Source: Acidimicrobiia bacterium
GTDB lineage: Bacteria > Acidobacteriota > Vicinamibacteria > Vicinamibacterales > UBA2999
Length of the DNA stretch: 64,000 nucleotides
Reading direction: 5' to 3'
NCBI GenBank assembly: GCA_038144855.1
Contig: JAYQOO010000001.1
Span: forward strand, 2,237-66,236
Shown here: positions 28,982 to 37,789 of the stretch, piece by piece
Layout: the number at the start of each line of letters is the position of its first letter
Numbering within the stretch: the stretch's first letter is position 1
The notes under the pieces: model-generated
The model's input: only the letters and a program-made list of their open reading frames with translations
What the model was told of the DNA's origin: nothing
Database searches by the model: none
Translations under genes and position numbers: made by a program

Positions 28982-29422
28982 ATGTTGAAATCCGTTTCGC
29001 TCGCTCTCGCATTCGCTGCGATCGCCGTCACGGCGTCGGCGCAGGACAAGAAAGTGACCACCGCCGATTTCGCCGGCACCTAGAACATCGAGCTGATGAG
29101 CCACCAAATCGCGCTCGTCATCGAACCCGCCGACGGCAACAAGGTGACGGCGACGATGATGATGATGGGGCGCGACACGTTGCTCAAGGGCGAACTCGTC
29201 GATCGCACGTTGACGTTGAGCGGCGTGAAATCCGAAGTCAACGCCAACACGCTGCACACGCCGCCCGGCGGCGACTCGCATGCGGGCGCCACGCCACCCC
29301 CCGCCGCAAAGCCGATCACCGTCACGCTGAAGGACGACGGCACCATTGAAGGCGAAATGATGACCAACATGGGGCCGGCCAAGTGGACCGGCGAAAAGCT
29401 GCGCACGCGGAAGAAGGGCTAG
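28982..29422 (+). pseudogene. Secreted hypothetical protein interrupted by in-frame TAG (29081-29083)
   Basis: GGAGG RBS; signal peptide; ADFAGT*NIELMSHQ continues in the same frame. Confidence 0.7.
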
Positions 29423-30769
29423 ATGTTTCTGTCCCGCCGCGAAGTATTGAAGAGGCTGGGCGCATCCGTCGCCCTCCCCTACCTGGAAGCGATGGCGCAG
29501 CCTCGTAAGGCGCCGGTGCGCCTGATCTGCATCGAACAGGTCCATGGCGCGGCGGGCAGCTCGGCATACGGCCAACAACAAAACCTATGGTCCCCAGCCG
29601 TTACCGGCCGGGATTTCGACCTCACGCCCACCAGTCTCAAGCCGCTCGAGGCGTTCCGCCAGCACCTCACCATTGTCAGCAACACCGACGTACCGAGCGC
29701 CGACCCGACGGAGGCTCGCGAAATCGGCGGCGATCACTTTCGATCCAGCGCGACCTACCTGACGCAAACCTATCCCAAGCGCACCGAGGGCGCGGACGTC
29801 GAGTGCGGCATCTCGCTCGATCAGTTGCACGCGCAGCGCTTCGGGCAGGACACGCCGGTGCCGTCGATGCAGTTGTGCATCGAGAGCGTCGATCAATCCG
29901 GCGGGTGCGGCTACGGCTACTCGTGCGTCTACACCGACACCATCAGTTGGGGATCGCCGACCAGCCCGTTGCCGATGATCCGCGATCCTCGCGTGGTGTT
30001 CGATCAGATGTTTGGCGTCATGGGCGCGGGCTCCGGCGCGGAGCGGCGCGAACGCCGGCAGGAAGATCTCAGTATTCTCGACTTCGTTCGAGCATCCGCC
30101 AAGCGCCTCGAACGCCGGCTCGGCGCCCAGGATCGAGTCCGTCTCACCGACTACCTCGACAACGTTCGCGAGATCGAGCGGCGGATCCAGGCGGTTGAGA
30201 AACGCAACGACAGCGGTGAGCCGCGAGAGTTGCCGACGGCGCCTAAGGGCATTCCGGACTCGTTTGCCGAACACGTCAAGCTGATGTTCGACCTGCAGAT
30301 GCTGGCCTTCCGCTCGGATGTGACCCGCGTGTTCTCGATGAAGATGGGCCGTGACGGCTCAAACCGCGTCTACGCCGACAGCGGCTCAAAGTCGGCGTTT
30401 CATATCGTGTCGCACCACGGCGACAACCCGGACCGCATCCGCGAGCTGGCCCGCATCAACACCTATCACGTCAGCATGCTGCCTCACCTGCTGCAGCAGT
30501 TGAAAGACACGCCTGACGGCGACGGCACAATGCTGGATAATTCGGTCGTGATCTACGGGTCGCCGATGGGCAATCCCAACCAGCACAATCACAAGCGCGT
30601 GCCTTTCCTGATCGCGGGCCACGCCGGAGGCGCGCTCAAGGGCGGCGTCCACCTGAAGGCCAAGAACGGTACGCCCCTGTCGAGCGTCATGTTGAGCCTC
30701 CTTCACGCGCTGGGCCACGATGAGCTGAAGAGCTTTGGCGACAGTGAAGGGACGTTCTCGTGGGGCTGA
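29423..30769 (+). CDS. DUF1552 protein, Tat-type signal
   Basis: SRREVLK; EIGGDHFRSSA; GGCGYGYSCVYTDTISW; HIVSHH. Confidence 0.88.
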   Translation: MFLSRREVLKRLGASVALPYLEAMAQPRKAPVRLICIEQVHGAAGSSAYGQQQNLWSPAVTGRDFDLTPTSLKPLEAFRQHLTIVSNTDVPSADPTEAREIGGDHFRSSATYLTQTYPKRTEGADVECGISLDQLHAQRFGQDTPVPSMQLCIESVDQSGGCGYGYSCVYTDTISWGSPTSPLPMIRDPRVVFDQMFGVMGAGSGAERRERRQEDLSILDFVRASAKRLERRLGAQDRVRLTDYLDNVREIERRIQAVEKRNDSGEPRELPTAPKGIPDSFAEHVKLMFDLQMLAFRSDVTRVFSMKMGRDGSNRVYADSGSKSAFHIVSHHGDNPDRIRELARINTYHVSMLPHLLQQLKDTPDGDGTMLDNSVVIYGSPMGNPNQHNHKRVPFLIAGHAGGALKGGVHLKAKNGTPLSSVMLSLLHALGHDELKSFGDSEGTFSWG

Positions 30770-33165
30770 TTCGGCACGGGCTCCGCACGATCAGCCGCAT
30801 GCCCGGGCTGGCGGCGGTCGTCATTCTCTCGCTCGGCGTCGGCATCGGCGTCAACACCGCCGTGTTCTCGTGGATCCAGGCCATCATCCTCACGCCGATC
30901 CCCGGCGTCGACGACAGCGGCCGCTTCTATCACGTCGAGGCGAAGTCGGACACCGGTACCTACCCGGGCATATCGTGGCTCGAGTATCGCGACCTCGCGG
31001 CCAAGCTAACGTCGGTCGACGAACTCGTGGTGTCTCGAATGGCGCCGCTCAATGTCGGCGAAAGCGGTCGCACGGAGCGCACCTACGCGCAGCTCGTCTC
31101 GGGCAACCTCTTTACGGCGCTTCGCCTGCGGCCGGCCGCCGGTCGATTCATTCGCGCCGATGAGGCTGATCGTCCTGGCGGTGAACCGGTCGCGGTGATC
31201 TCTCACGACTACTGGCAGACGCACTACGCAGGCTCCCCTTCGGCAATCGGACAGACCATTCGCGTCAACGACAACCAGCTCACGATCGTCGGCGTCGCAC
31301 CGGAGAACTTCCAGGGCACGATCCTGGCGCTGCAGTTTGATCTGTGGGTGCCTGCGACGCTCGCGCCGGCGCTGTTTCCTGGATCGGCCGAACTCACCGA
31401 CCGCAATCAGCGCGGCTACTCCGCCCTGGCGCGGCTGCGCGATGGCGCAGAGGAAGCGCGCGCCGGCGCAGAGCTGTCAGCGGCCATGCGGGAACTCGCG
31501 GTGGCGTTTCCCGATAGCAACGGACGCATCGGCGGCGAGCTGCTCCCGTACTGGAAGGCCACGCGGGGCCCGCAGATGATGTTCATCACCGCCCTCGGCA
31601 TCCTGCAGGGGGTGATGCTGCTGGTGCTACTCGCCGTCTGCGGCAACACCGCCAACCTCGTCCTAGCCCGTGCCAGCGCCCGCTATCGGGAAGTTGGCGT
31701 GCGGCTGGCGCTCGGCGCCCGGCCGCTGGCAGTCGTGACGCTGATGCTCGTCGAAAACCTGCTCCTCGGCATCTTCGGAGCGGCGGTCGGTATCGTCATC
31801 GCCTGGTGGGGGACAGAGGCCCTTCGGGCCATGCCCCCGTATGGCGCGTTTCCGGTCCGCTTCCAGACCAGCCTCGACGCCATGGGCCTGGCCTTCGCGG
31901 TCGCGCTCGGCATCCTGAGCGGCTTGCTGTTTGGGGCGGCGCCGGCGCTGCAGCTCGGACGCGTCAACCCCCAGCAGGCACTTCGCAGCGGTGCGAAATC
32001 GACCGGCCGCAGCGCCGTGCGCGACACCCTGATGGCCGCACAATGCGGACTGGCGCTGTTGGTGCTGGTGGTGGCAGGGATGTTCTTTGCGAGCTTCGTC
32101 GAGACGCAAGGCACCGACCCCGGGTTCAAGTCGGACGGTCTGCTGATTGCCACCTACGATCTCAGCGGGACGGTGACCAACGACGAGTATCCCCGTCAAT
32201 TCGCCACGCAGTTGCTCGACCGCTTGCAGCGCGTGCCGGCGATTGAATCCGTCGCGCTCGCCAACGCCATGCCCCTCGATATCCACGGCCTGCCGCTGCG
32301 GGGATTCACGCTCGAAGGGCGCGCGCAAACCACGACACAGCGGGAACAGGCGCTCACCAACATTGTGTCGCCCACCTACTTCAAGACCATGGGTATTCCC
32401 ATGGTCGCCGGCGAAGGCTTTGCCGACATTGAGGATCGCACCGCGCCGGCGCAAGTGGTGGTCAACGAAGAATTCGTGCGCCGCTACATCGCACCCGCCG
32501 ATCCGCTCGGCCGTCGACTGACCAACGGTGATGTCGAGTACACGATCGCGGGCGTGGTGAAGAACTCAACCTACGAAGTGTTCGGGGAGCCGCCAACACC
32601 GGCGTTCTTCTTCTCGTACCGCGACCGGGCCCGCTATCTCGGTGAGATTCATCTGCGGGCCAGGCCGGGATCGGAGACGCTGCTTGCCTCGGAAGTGCAG
32701 CGGGCGGTTCGCGAGATCGATGCGTCGTTACCGGTCTACAACATCCGCACCATGGCGGAACATGTCGAACGCAACCTGTTCCTCAGGAAGATTCCCGCCC
32801 GGATGTTCGCGGTGATCGCGCCACTGTTGCTGGCGCTGGTGGCGGTCGGGATCTATGCCGTGATCAGCTACACCGTCTCGCAACGAACGCGGGAGATCGG
32901 CGTTCGGGTGGCGATGGGAGCCACGAGTGACCGCGTGGTCCGGCAGATCGTGAAGGAAGGGATGATCGTGGCTTCCTCTGGTGTCCTGCTGGCGTGGATG
33001 CTCGCCACGCTCGTGCAGACGCACCTGTTCAGCGGCGCCGACGGCGCGCTGACGGTCCTGATCGCGGTTCCGATTGTGCTGTTGGGAGTGGCCGCTGTGT
33101 CGTGCTGGCTGCCAGCACGAAGGGCCACGCTGGTCGATCCAGTCGTGGCCCTGAGATCAGAGTAG
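30760..33165 (+). CDS. ADOP family duplicated (MacB/FtsX) ABC permease
   Basis: LSLGVGIGVNTAVFS, REVGVRLALGA, REIGVRVAMGA, PARRATLVDPVVALRSE. Confidence 0.9.
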   Translation: MGLIRHGLRTISRMPGLAAVVILSLGVGIGVNTAVFSWIQAIILTPIPGVDDSGRFYHVEAKSDTGTYPGISWLEYRDLAAKLTSVDELVVSRMAPLNVGESGRTERTYAQLVSGNLFTALRLRPAAGRFIRADEADRPGGEPVAVISHDYWQTHYAGSPSAIGQTIRVNDNQLTIVGVAPENFQGTILALQFDLWVPATLAPALFPGSAELTDRNQRGYSALARLRDGAEEARAGAELSAAMRELAVAFPDSNGRIGGELLPYWKATRGPQMMFITALGILQGVMLLVLLAVCGNTANLVLARASARYREVGVRLALGARPLAVVTLMLVENLLLGIFGAAVGIVIAWWGTEALRAMPPYGAFPVRFQTSLDAMGLAFAVALGILSGLLFGAAPALQLGRVNPQQALRSGAKSTGRSAVRDTLMAAQCGLALLVLVVAGMFFASFVETQGTDPGFKSDGLLIATYDLSGTVTNDEYPRQFATQLLDRLQRVPAIESVALANAMPLDIHGLPLRGFTLEGRAQTTTQREQALTNIVSPTYFKTMGIPMVAGEGFADIEDRTAPAQVVVNEEFVRRYIAPADPLGRRLTNGDVEYTIAGVVKNSTYEVFGEPPTPAFFFSYRDRARYLGEIHLRARPGSETLLASEVQRAVREIDASLPVYNIRTMAEHVERNLFLRKIPARMFAVIAPLLLALVAVGIYAVISYTVSQRTREIGVRVAMGATSDRVVRQIVKEGMIVASSGVLLAWMLATLVQTHLFSGADGALTVLIAVPIVLLGVAAVSCWLPARRATLVDPVVALRSE

Positions 33166-33185
33166 GGTTCGGCCTCGGCCGGACC
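33162..33185 (+). repeat. GTAG-type REP-like palindrome
   Basis: GTAG-GG-TTCGGC-CTCG-GCCGGA-CC between convergent genes. Confidence 0.55.
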
Positions 33186-33189
33186 TTGA

Positions 33190-34365
33190 TCAGCCGATCA
33201 TCACCTTTCGAGGATGCTGGGAGTTGTCCTCGAGGAACGTCTTCTTGCCCTCGAGGTCCTTCTCGGTCGGCTGCACCATGCCGTTGATGTCGGTGACGCG
33301 CGACACCAGGGTGTGTTCGCCGGCTGCCGCGCCCTTCCAGGTGTAGTGATACAGCTTCCAGCCGTACTTGGCGGTGGTCGACGGATCCGCGGTCGCCATC
33401 GCCCACGTCCCTTCGTCCACCTTCACCTCGACGTTCTTGATCGGCGTGCCGTCATTCAGCACGATCACGGTGACCTTGTGATCGGCGCCGTTCTTGGTGA
33501 CACGGGCGACGAAGGACTTCAGGTTGAGATGGCTGATCGCCTTCTCGACCCACTTCACTTCGCCGTTGATCATCTCGCCGCGCAGGGTGCGATACCAGTT
33601 CGCCTGGAACTTGCCGAGATACGGCTCTTCCTGCACGAAGATGTCGGACAGCCACTTCACGTTCGGGGCGCCATACCATCCCGGCATGATCAGGCGCAGC
33701 GGCGCGCCCTGGTGCTTGGTGAGCGGCTCGCCGTTGAGCGCATAGGCCAGGAACGGCGCCGGATCGTTGCCCATGGCGCGTTCGCGGTGAATGCTGCGGC
33801 CGTACTGCTGTTCAACGTCGAAGTTGGTGCCGCGGAAGTTCACGGCTTCCTTGCCGCGATCGGCGCCGAAGAACACGATCTCACGGGCGTTCGGCTTGAG
33901 GCCGGCCTTGTCGAGCACGGTCTTCAGCGGCACACCGGTCCAGCGTCCGTTGCCGATCAGGCCCTGGATCGGACGGCGGTTGCCTGAGCATTCGAAACCG
34001 GCAATCAGCTCCTGGCTGCCCATCTTCTTGAGCTCGTCGAGCGACAAGGCGAGCGTCGTGTTGACGAGGCCGCCGACTTTCAGGCGGAACGCCACCGGGT
34101 CGACCTCAGGATGACCGTAATGTTGGGTGGTAAAGAACTGATCCTTCGGTGTAAACGCGCCGGCAAGCCCGCGTGTGTCGAACAGGCGCCGGTCCGGCGC
34201 CGGGTTCGCGTTGAACGGCGGGTTCACGTGCGAGTCGGTGAACGGCACCATGACTTCGCCCTGCGCCATGGCGGGCAGCACCCACTCAAACGCTCCGAGC
34301 GTGCCCATGGCCGCGGCCGCCAGGCCGCTCTTCATCACGTCACGACGGTTCATGTCTGTAGCCAC
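33190..34365 (-). CDS. Tat-exported sulfite-oxidase-family molybdoenzyme
   Basis: NRRDVMK; ECSGN; WTGVPL; GADRG; LNGEPL..GAPLRL..PGWYG..VKWL; dimerisation domain. Confidence 0.88.
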   Translation of the reverse strand: MATDMNRRDVMKSGLAAAAMGTLGAFEWVLPAMAQGEVMVPFTDSHVNPPFNANPAPDRRLFDTRGLAGAFTPKDQFFTTQHYGHPEVDPVAFRLKVGGLVNTTLALSLDELKKMGSQELIAGFECSGNRRPIQGLIGNGRWTGVPLKTVLDKAGLKPNAREIVFFGADRGKEAVNFRGTNFDVEQQYGRSIHRERAMGNDPAPFLAYALNGEPLTKHQGAPLRLIMPGWYGAPNVKWLSDIFVQEEPYLGKFQANWYRTLRGEMINGEVKWVEKAISHLNLKSFVARVTKNGADHKVTVIVLNDGTPIKNVEVKVDEGTWAMATADPSTTAKYGWKLYHYTWKGAAAGEHTLVSRVTDINGMVQPTEKDLEGKKTFLEDNSQHPRKVMIG

Positions 34366-34384
34366 TGTTACCTCACATGAATAA

Positions 34385-34410
34385 AGGCGGGCCTTGCGGA
34401 CCCGCCTCTA
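34385..34410 (-). repeat. REP-like palindrome
   Basis: AGGCGGG..CCCGCCTCTA, near copy of 36327-36353. Confidence 0.6.
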
Positions 34411-34458
34411 TGAAATTCTGAACTTACCGTAAGCGCGTAGGCCTGTTTGCCTGTTCGC

Positions 34459-36294
34459 CTAACACGTGACGCAACGATTGTTGTTCTTCGCGCCCATCTT
34501 CATCAACAGCGCGATCGTCTCCGGAATGGCCGACAGACGCTGGACAGGGCCGTTGGCCATGTCGACCGTCGTCTGGCCGCTGCGCGCGACCGCCTTCGGA
34601 TCGGCGCCCTTGCTCACCAGGTACAGGATCATCTCGTTGTCGCCGCGTGCGGCGGCGTGGTGAAGCGGGGTGTAGCCGTCGTTGTCGCGCTCGTTGACGT
34701 TGGCACCAAGTTCCTCGACGAGATACTTCACGGCCGCGAGCCACGCACCGGGGGCATGACGATGAGCGTTGCCGGCGAAGCCTTCGCCGTATTCAACGCC
34801 GGTCGCCGCGTGAATCGGGAACGCGCCCGGACCACCGTACGGAATCGTCGGGGCGTCGTACTTCTCCATGCCCTTCTCGGCTTCCGGCATGATGGCGCCG
34901 CCGGCGCCCTGTGGCGCACCTTCCGGACCACGACGAACGCGTTCGCGCGGAGCGAGCGTCGCAATGTTCGGGTCGGCGCCGTAGGCCACCAGGAGCTTCA
35001 TCGCCATGACGTCAACGCCATAGGCGGCGCGCCAGAACGCGGTGGACCCGGTCGTGTCGGCGAGACCGCAGTTGCGGTTGCCGCAGCCGGTGTAGACGAG
35101 GTACCACGGGTGCGACGCGATGCGCGCGTTCACGTCGGCGCCCTTGTCGAGGAGCGCCTTCATGACCTCGAGGTAAGTCGCCTTCTGCAACTCCATCTCC
35201 TGGGGCTGCGGGAACCGCGTGCGTGGCTGCCACACCGTGTTGACCGCGGCCCACAGCGGCGCAACGCCGTTGTTCTTGGCCCCGATGTTTGGGTTGGCGC
35301 CGCGCTTGATCAGCATCATCGCCATGTCGAACTGGCCGTTGATGATCGCCGTCAGCAGCGGGGTGGTGCCGTCGCCGGCGTTGGCCTGGTCGATCTTCGC
35401 GCCGCCATCGAGCAGTGCCTCAGCGGCGGCGATGTAGCCCTGGCGCGAGGCGTGGAGCAGCGCCGTCATGCCGCCCTTGGTCTGAACCGGCGGGTTGATC
35501 TCGTCAGGATTGAAGTTGCCGCGCGGGTTTGGCGGGGCGTTTGGATCCGGCGGCGGGATCTTGCCGGTGCGGACCACTTCGCGGCCGGCCTGGATGGCGG
35601 CCTGCACCTGGCTCGGTGACGCCTTCGCTTCCGATTCCTTGCCGACGAAGCCTTCGAGCACCTTGCGCTGGAGGTCGGCCGCGGCGCGATCGAGGGTGCT
35701 GAATCGTGCGACGTCGATCACCTTGGTGGTGATGTTGGCGTCGGCGCCACGCGCCAGCAGCACCTTGATCGTTTCGACGCGGTTGAGACCCGCGGCGAAG
35801 ATCAACGGTGTCTGGCCGGCTTCGTTTTCCTTGGCGTTGAGGTCGGCCTTGGCGTCGATCAGCACCGTCACTGTGGCGGCGTTCCCCGAGCTGGCGGCCA
35901 TGTGCAGCGGCGTCACGCCGCTATTGGTGGAGCGCACGTTGACGTCGGCGCCGGCCTTGAGCAGCGCCGTCGCGACCGCCGCGCTGCCGCTCTTGCCGGC
36001 GAGGTGCAGCGGCGTGTACTGGCCGATGCGGGTCTGCGCCTGGATATTGGCACCCGCAACGATCAGCACTTCTGCCAGCGCCGCGTCGCCGCGCTCGGCC
36101 GCCCAGTGCAAGGCGCTCATGCCGTCGCCTTGCGCCGCGTTGGCGTCGGCGCCGTCCTTGAGCAGCGCCTTTACTGCGGCAATGTCACCGCGCTCGGCCG
36201 CGTCTGCAACGCGCGGCGGCGTCGGCATCTGCGCGCTGAGCGCCGACGCCATGCCGACCGCAACCATCAAAGCTAGAAGTGACTGACGCTTCAT
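34459..36294 (-). CDS. Exported ankyrin-repeat protein
   Basis: Signal peptide; many TPLHxA/GAD repeats; GCGNRNCG and terminal CVTC. Confidence 0.9.
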   Translation of the reverse strand: MKRQSLLALMVAVGMASALSAQMPTPPRVADAAERGDIAAVKALLKDGADANAAQGDGMSALHWAAERGDAALAEVLIVAGANIQAQTRIGQYTPLHLAGKSGSAAVATALLKAGADVNVRSTNSGVTPLHMAASSGNAATVTVLIDAKADLNAKENEAGQTPLIFAAGLNRVETIKVLLARGADANITTKVIDVARFSTLDRAAADLQRKVLEGFVGKESEAKASPSQVQAAIQAGREVVRTGKIPPPDPNAPPNPRGNFNPDEINPPVQTKGGMTALLHASRQGYIAAAEALLDGGAKIDQANAGDGTTPLLTAIINGQFDMAMMLIKRGANPNIGAKNNGVAPLWAAVNTVWQPRTRFPQPQEMELQKATYLEVMKALLDKGADVNARIASHPWYLVYTGCGNRNCGLADTTGSTAFWRAAYGVDVMAMKLLVAYGADPNIATLAPRERVRRGPEGAPQGAGGAIMPEAEKGMEKYDAPTIPYGGPGAFPIHAATGVEYGEGFAGNAHRHAPGAWLAAVKYLVEELGANVNERDNDGYTPLHHAAARGDNEMILYLVSKGADPKAVARSGQTTVDMANGPVQRLSAIPETIALLMKMGAKNNNRCVTC

Positions 36295-36326
36295 CGCTGA
36301 TCTCCGAAATCCGCCTGATATCAAGA

Positions 36327-36353
36327 AGGCGGGTCTGACGGACCCGCCTCTAC
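36327..36353 (-). repeat. GTAG-type REP-like palindrome
   Basis: Minus strand GTAG-AGGCGGGTC-CGTCA-GACCCGCCT. Confidence 0.65.
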
Positions 36354-36367
36354 CAACTACGCACTCA

Positions 36368-37783
36368 CTAGGCGACTGTCGTCGGCGATGCCTGGTTGAG
36401 CGACAGCTCGCCGGTCGAATCGCCGAACTGCTTCATCTCGTTCATGCCGAGCATGTGGCCCATCGACAGGAACGCATTGGCCATCGGGGTGCTGTCGGCG
36501 GCCTTGATGTGCAGGTTGCCCTTCAGCGCGCCGTTGGCGTGGCCGAGCAGGAACAGCGGGCAGCGGCGATGATTGTGGACGTTCGGATCCGCCATCGGCG
36601 AGCCCCAGACCACCATCGTCTTGTCGAGCAGTGACTTGTCGCCTTCCATCGACTCCTTGAGGCGATCGATCAGGTAGGTGACCTGCGAGACGCGGTACTT
36701 GCAGATCTTGTTGAACTCCATCACGCGATCTTCGCGATCGCCGTGGTGCGACGCCGGGTGGAACGGCTGCAACGAGCCGCTTTCCGGGAACACGCGGTTC
36801 TGCGAGTCGCGGCCGGTCTTGAAGGTGATGATGCGGGTCATGTCCGTCTGGAACGCCAGCACCTGCAGGTCGAACATCAGGCGCATGTGTTCCGAGAACG
36901 AATCGGGCACGCCGGCCGGCGCGTCCGGCAGCGCGCGCTCTTCACCGGAGCTGTTGCGCGCTTCGATCGACTCGATGCGGCGCTCGATCTCGCGAACGTA
37001 GGTCAGGTAGCGATCGAGGCGCGTGCGATCCGAGGTGCCGAGGTCCTTGCGCACCGACTGCACTTCGCCCTGGATCCAGTCGAGGATGCTGCGGCGGCTG
37101 ACGCGGCGGGCGGCGCGATCTTCCTTCGACGAGCCCGAGCCGAACAGCATGTCGAACGCGACGCGCGGGTCGCGGATCATCGGCAGCGGTTCGTTCGGTG
37201 ACGCCCAGCTGATCGAGTCGGTGTAGGCGCACGAGTAGTTGTAGGTGCAGCCACCGGCCTGGTCGAGGTTCTCGATGCAGAACTGCATCGACGGCAGCGG
37301 CGTCTCCTTGCCGATGTGCTGCGCGTAGTACTGGTCGAACGACGTGCCGGCCCAGATGTCCGATCCCTGCGTCTGCTTGGGATGCGACTGGGTCAGAAAC
37401 ACCGCGCTCGAGCGGAAGTGGTCGCCGCCGATTTCCGGCGCCGTGAACGCCTCGGCCATGCGCACGTCGGTGTTCGACACGATGGTGAGGTGCTTCTTGT
37501 AGGGATCGAGCGACGACAGCGCGCTGTCGGGCAGGATGGTGAAGTCGTTGCCGACCTGTTCAGGGGCGTAGAGGAACTTCGACGCGCCCCACTTCTGGCA
37601 GCCGGCGAGGCCATGGACCTCTTCGATCGCGAGGAAGCGTGTGCGTTCCGCCGCCGGAGCCGCTCCGCCAATTCCCTTCGCCGCGACCATCGCGTCGAGG
37701 AACGGCAGCGCCACCGTGGCGCCTGCGGCGCCGCGGAGGAACGTTCTACGGGGCATCTGCTTGCCGGTAATGAAGTTCATCAC
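36368..37783 (-). CDS. DUF1552 protein, Tat-type signal
   Basis: PRRTFLRG; EIGGDHFRSSA; GGCTYNYSCAYTDSISW; HPASHH. Confidence 0.9.
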   Translation of the reverse strand: MMNFITGKQMPRRTFLRGAAGATVALPFLDAMVAAKGIGGAAPAAERTRFLAIEEVHGLAGCQKWGASKFLYAPEQVGNDFTILPDSALSSLDPYKKHLTIVSNTDVRMAEAFTAPEIGGDHFRSSAVFLTQSHPKQTQGSDIWAGTSFDQYYAQHIGKETPLPSMQFCIENLDQAGGCTYNYSCAYTDSISWASPNEPLPMIRDPRVAFDMLFGSGSSKEDRAARRVSRRSILDWIQGEVQSVRKDLGTSDRTRLDRYLTYVREIERRIESIEARNSSGEERALPDAPAGVPDSFSEHMRLMFDLQVLAFQTDMTRIITFKTGRDSQNRVFPESGSLQPFHPASHHGDREDRVMEFNKICKYRVSQVTYLIDRLKESMEGDKSLLDKTMVVWGSPMADPNVHNHRRCPLFLLGHANGALKGNLHIKAADSTPMANAFLSMGHMLGMNEMKQFGDSTGELSLNQASPTTVA

Positions 37784-37789
37784 AATCTC

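Noticed and set aside
29081-29083. Pyrrolysine or alternative genetic code
   Set aside because: TAG is a frequent true stop here, context predicts Trp, and no pyl genes are in the window
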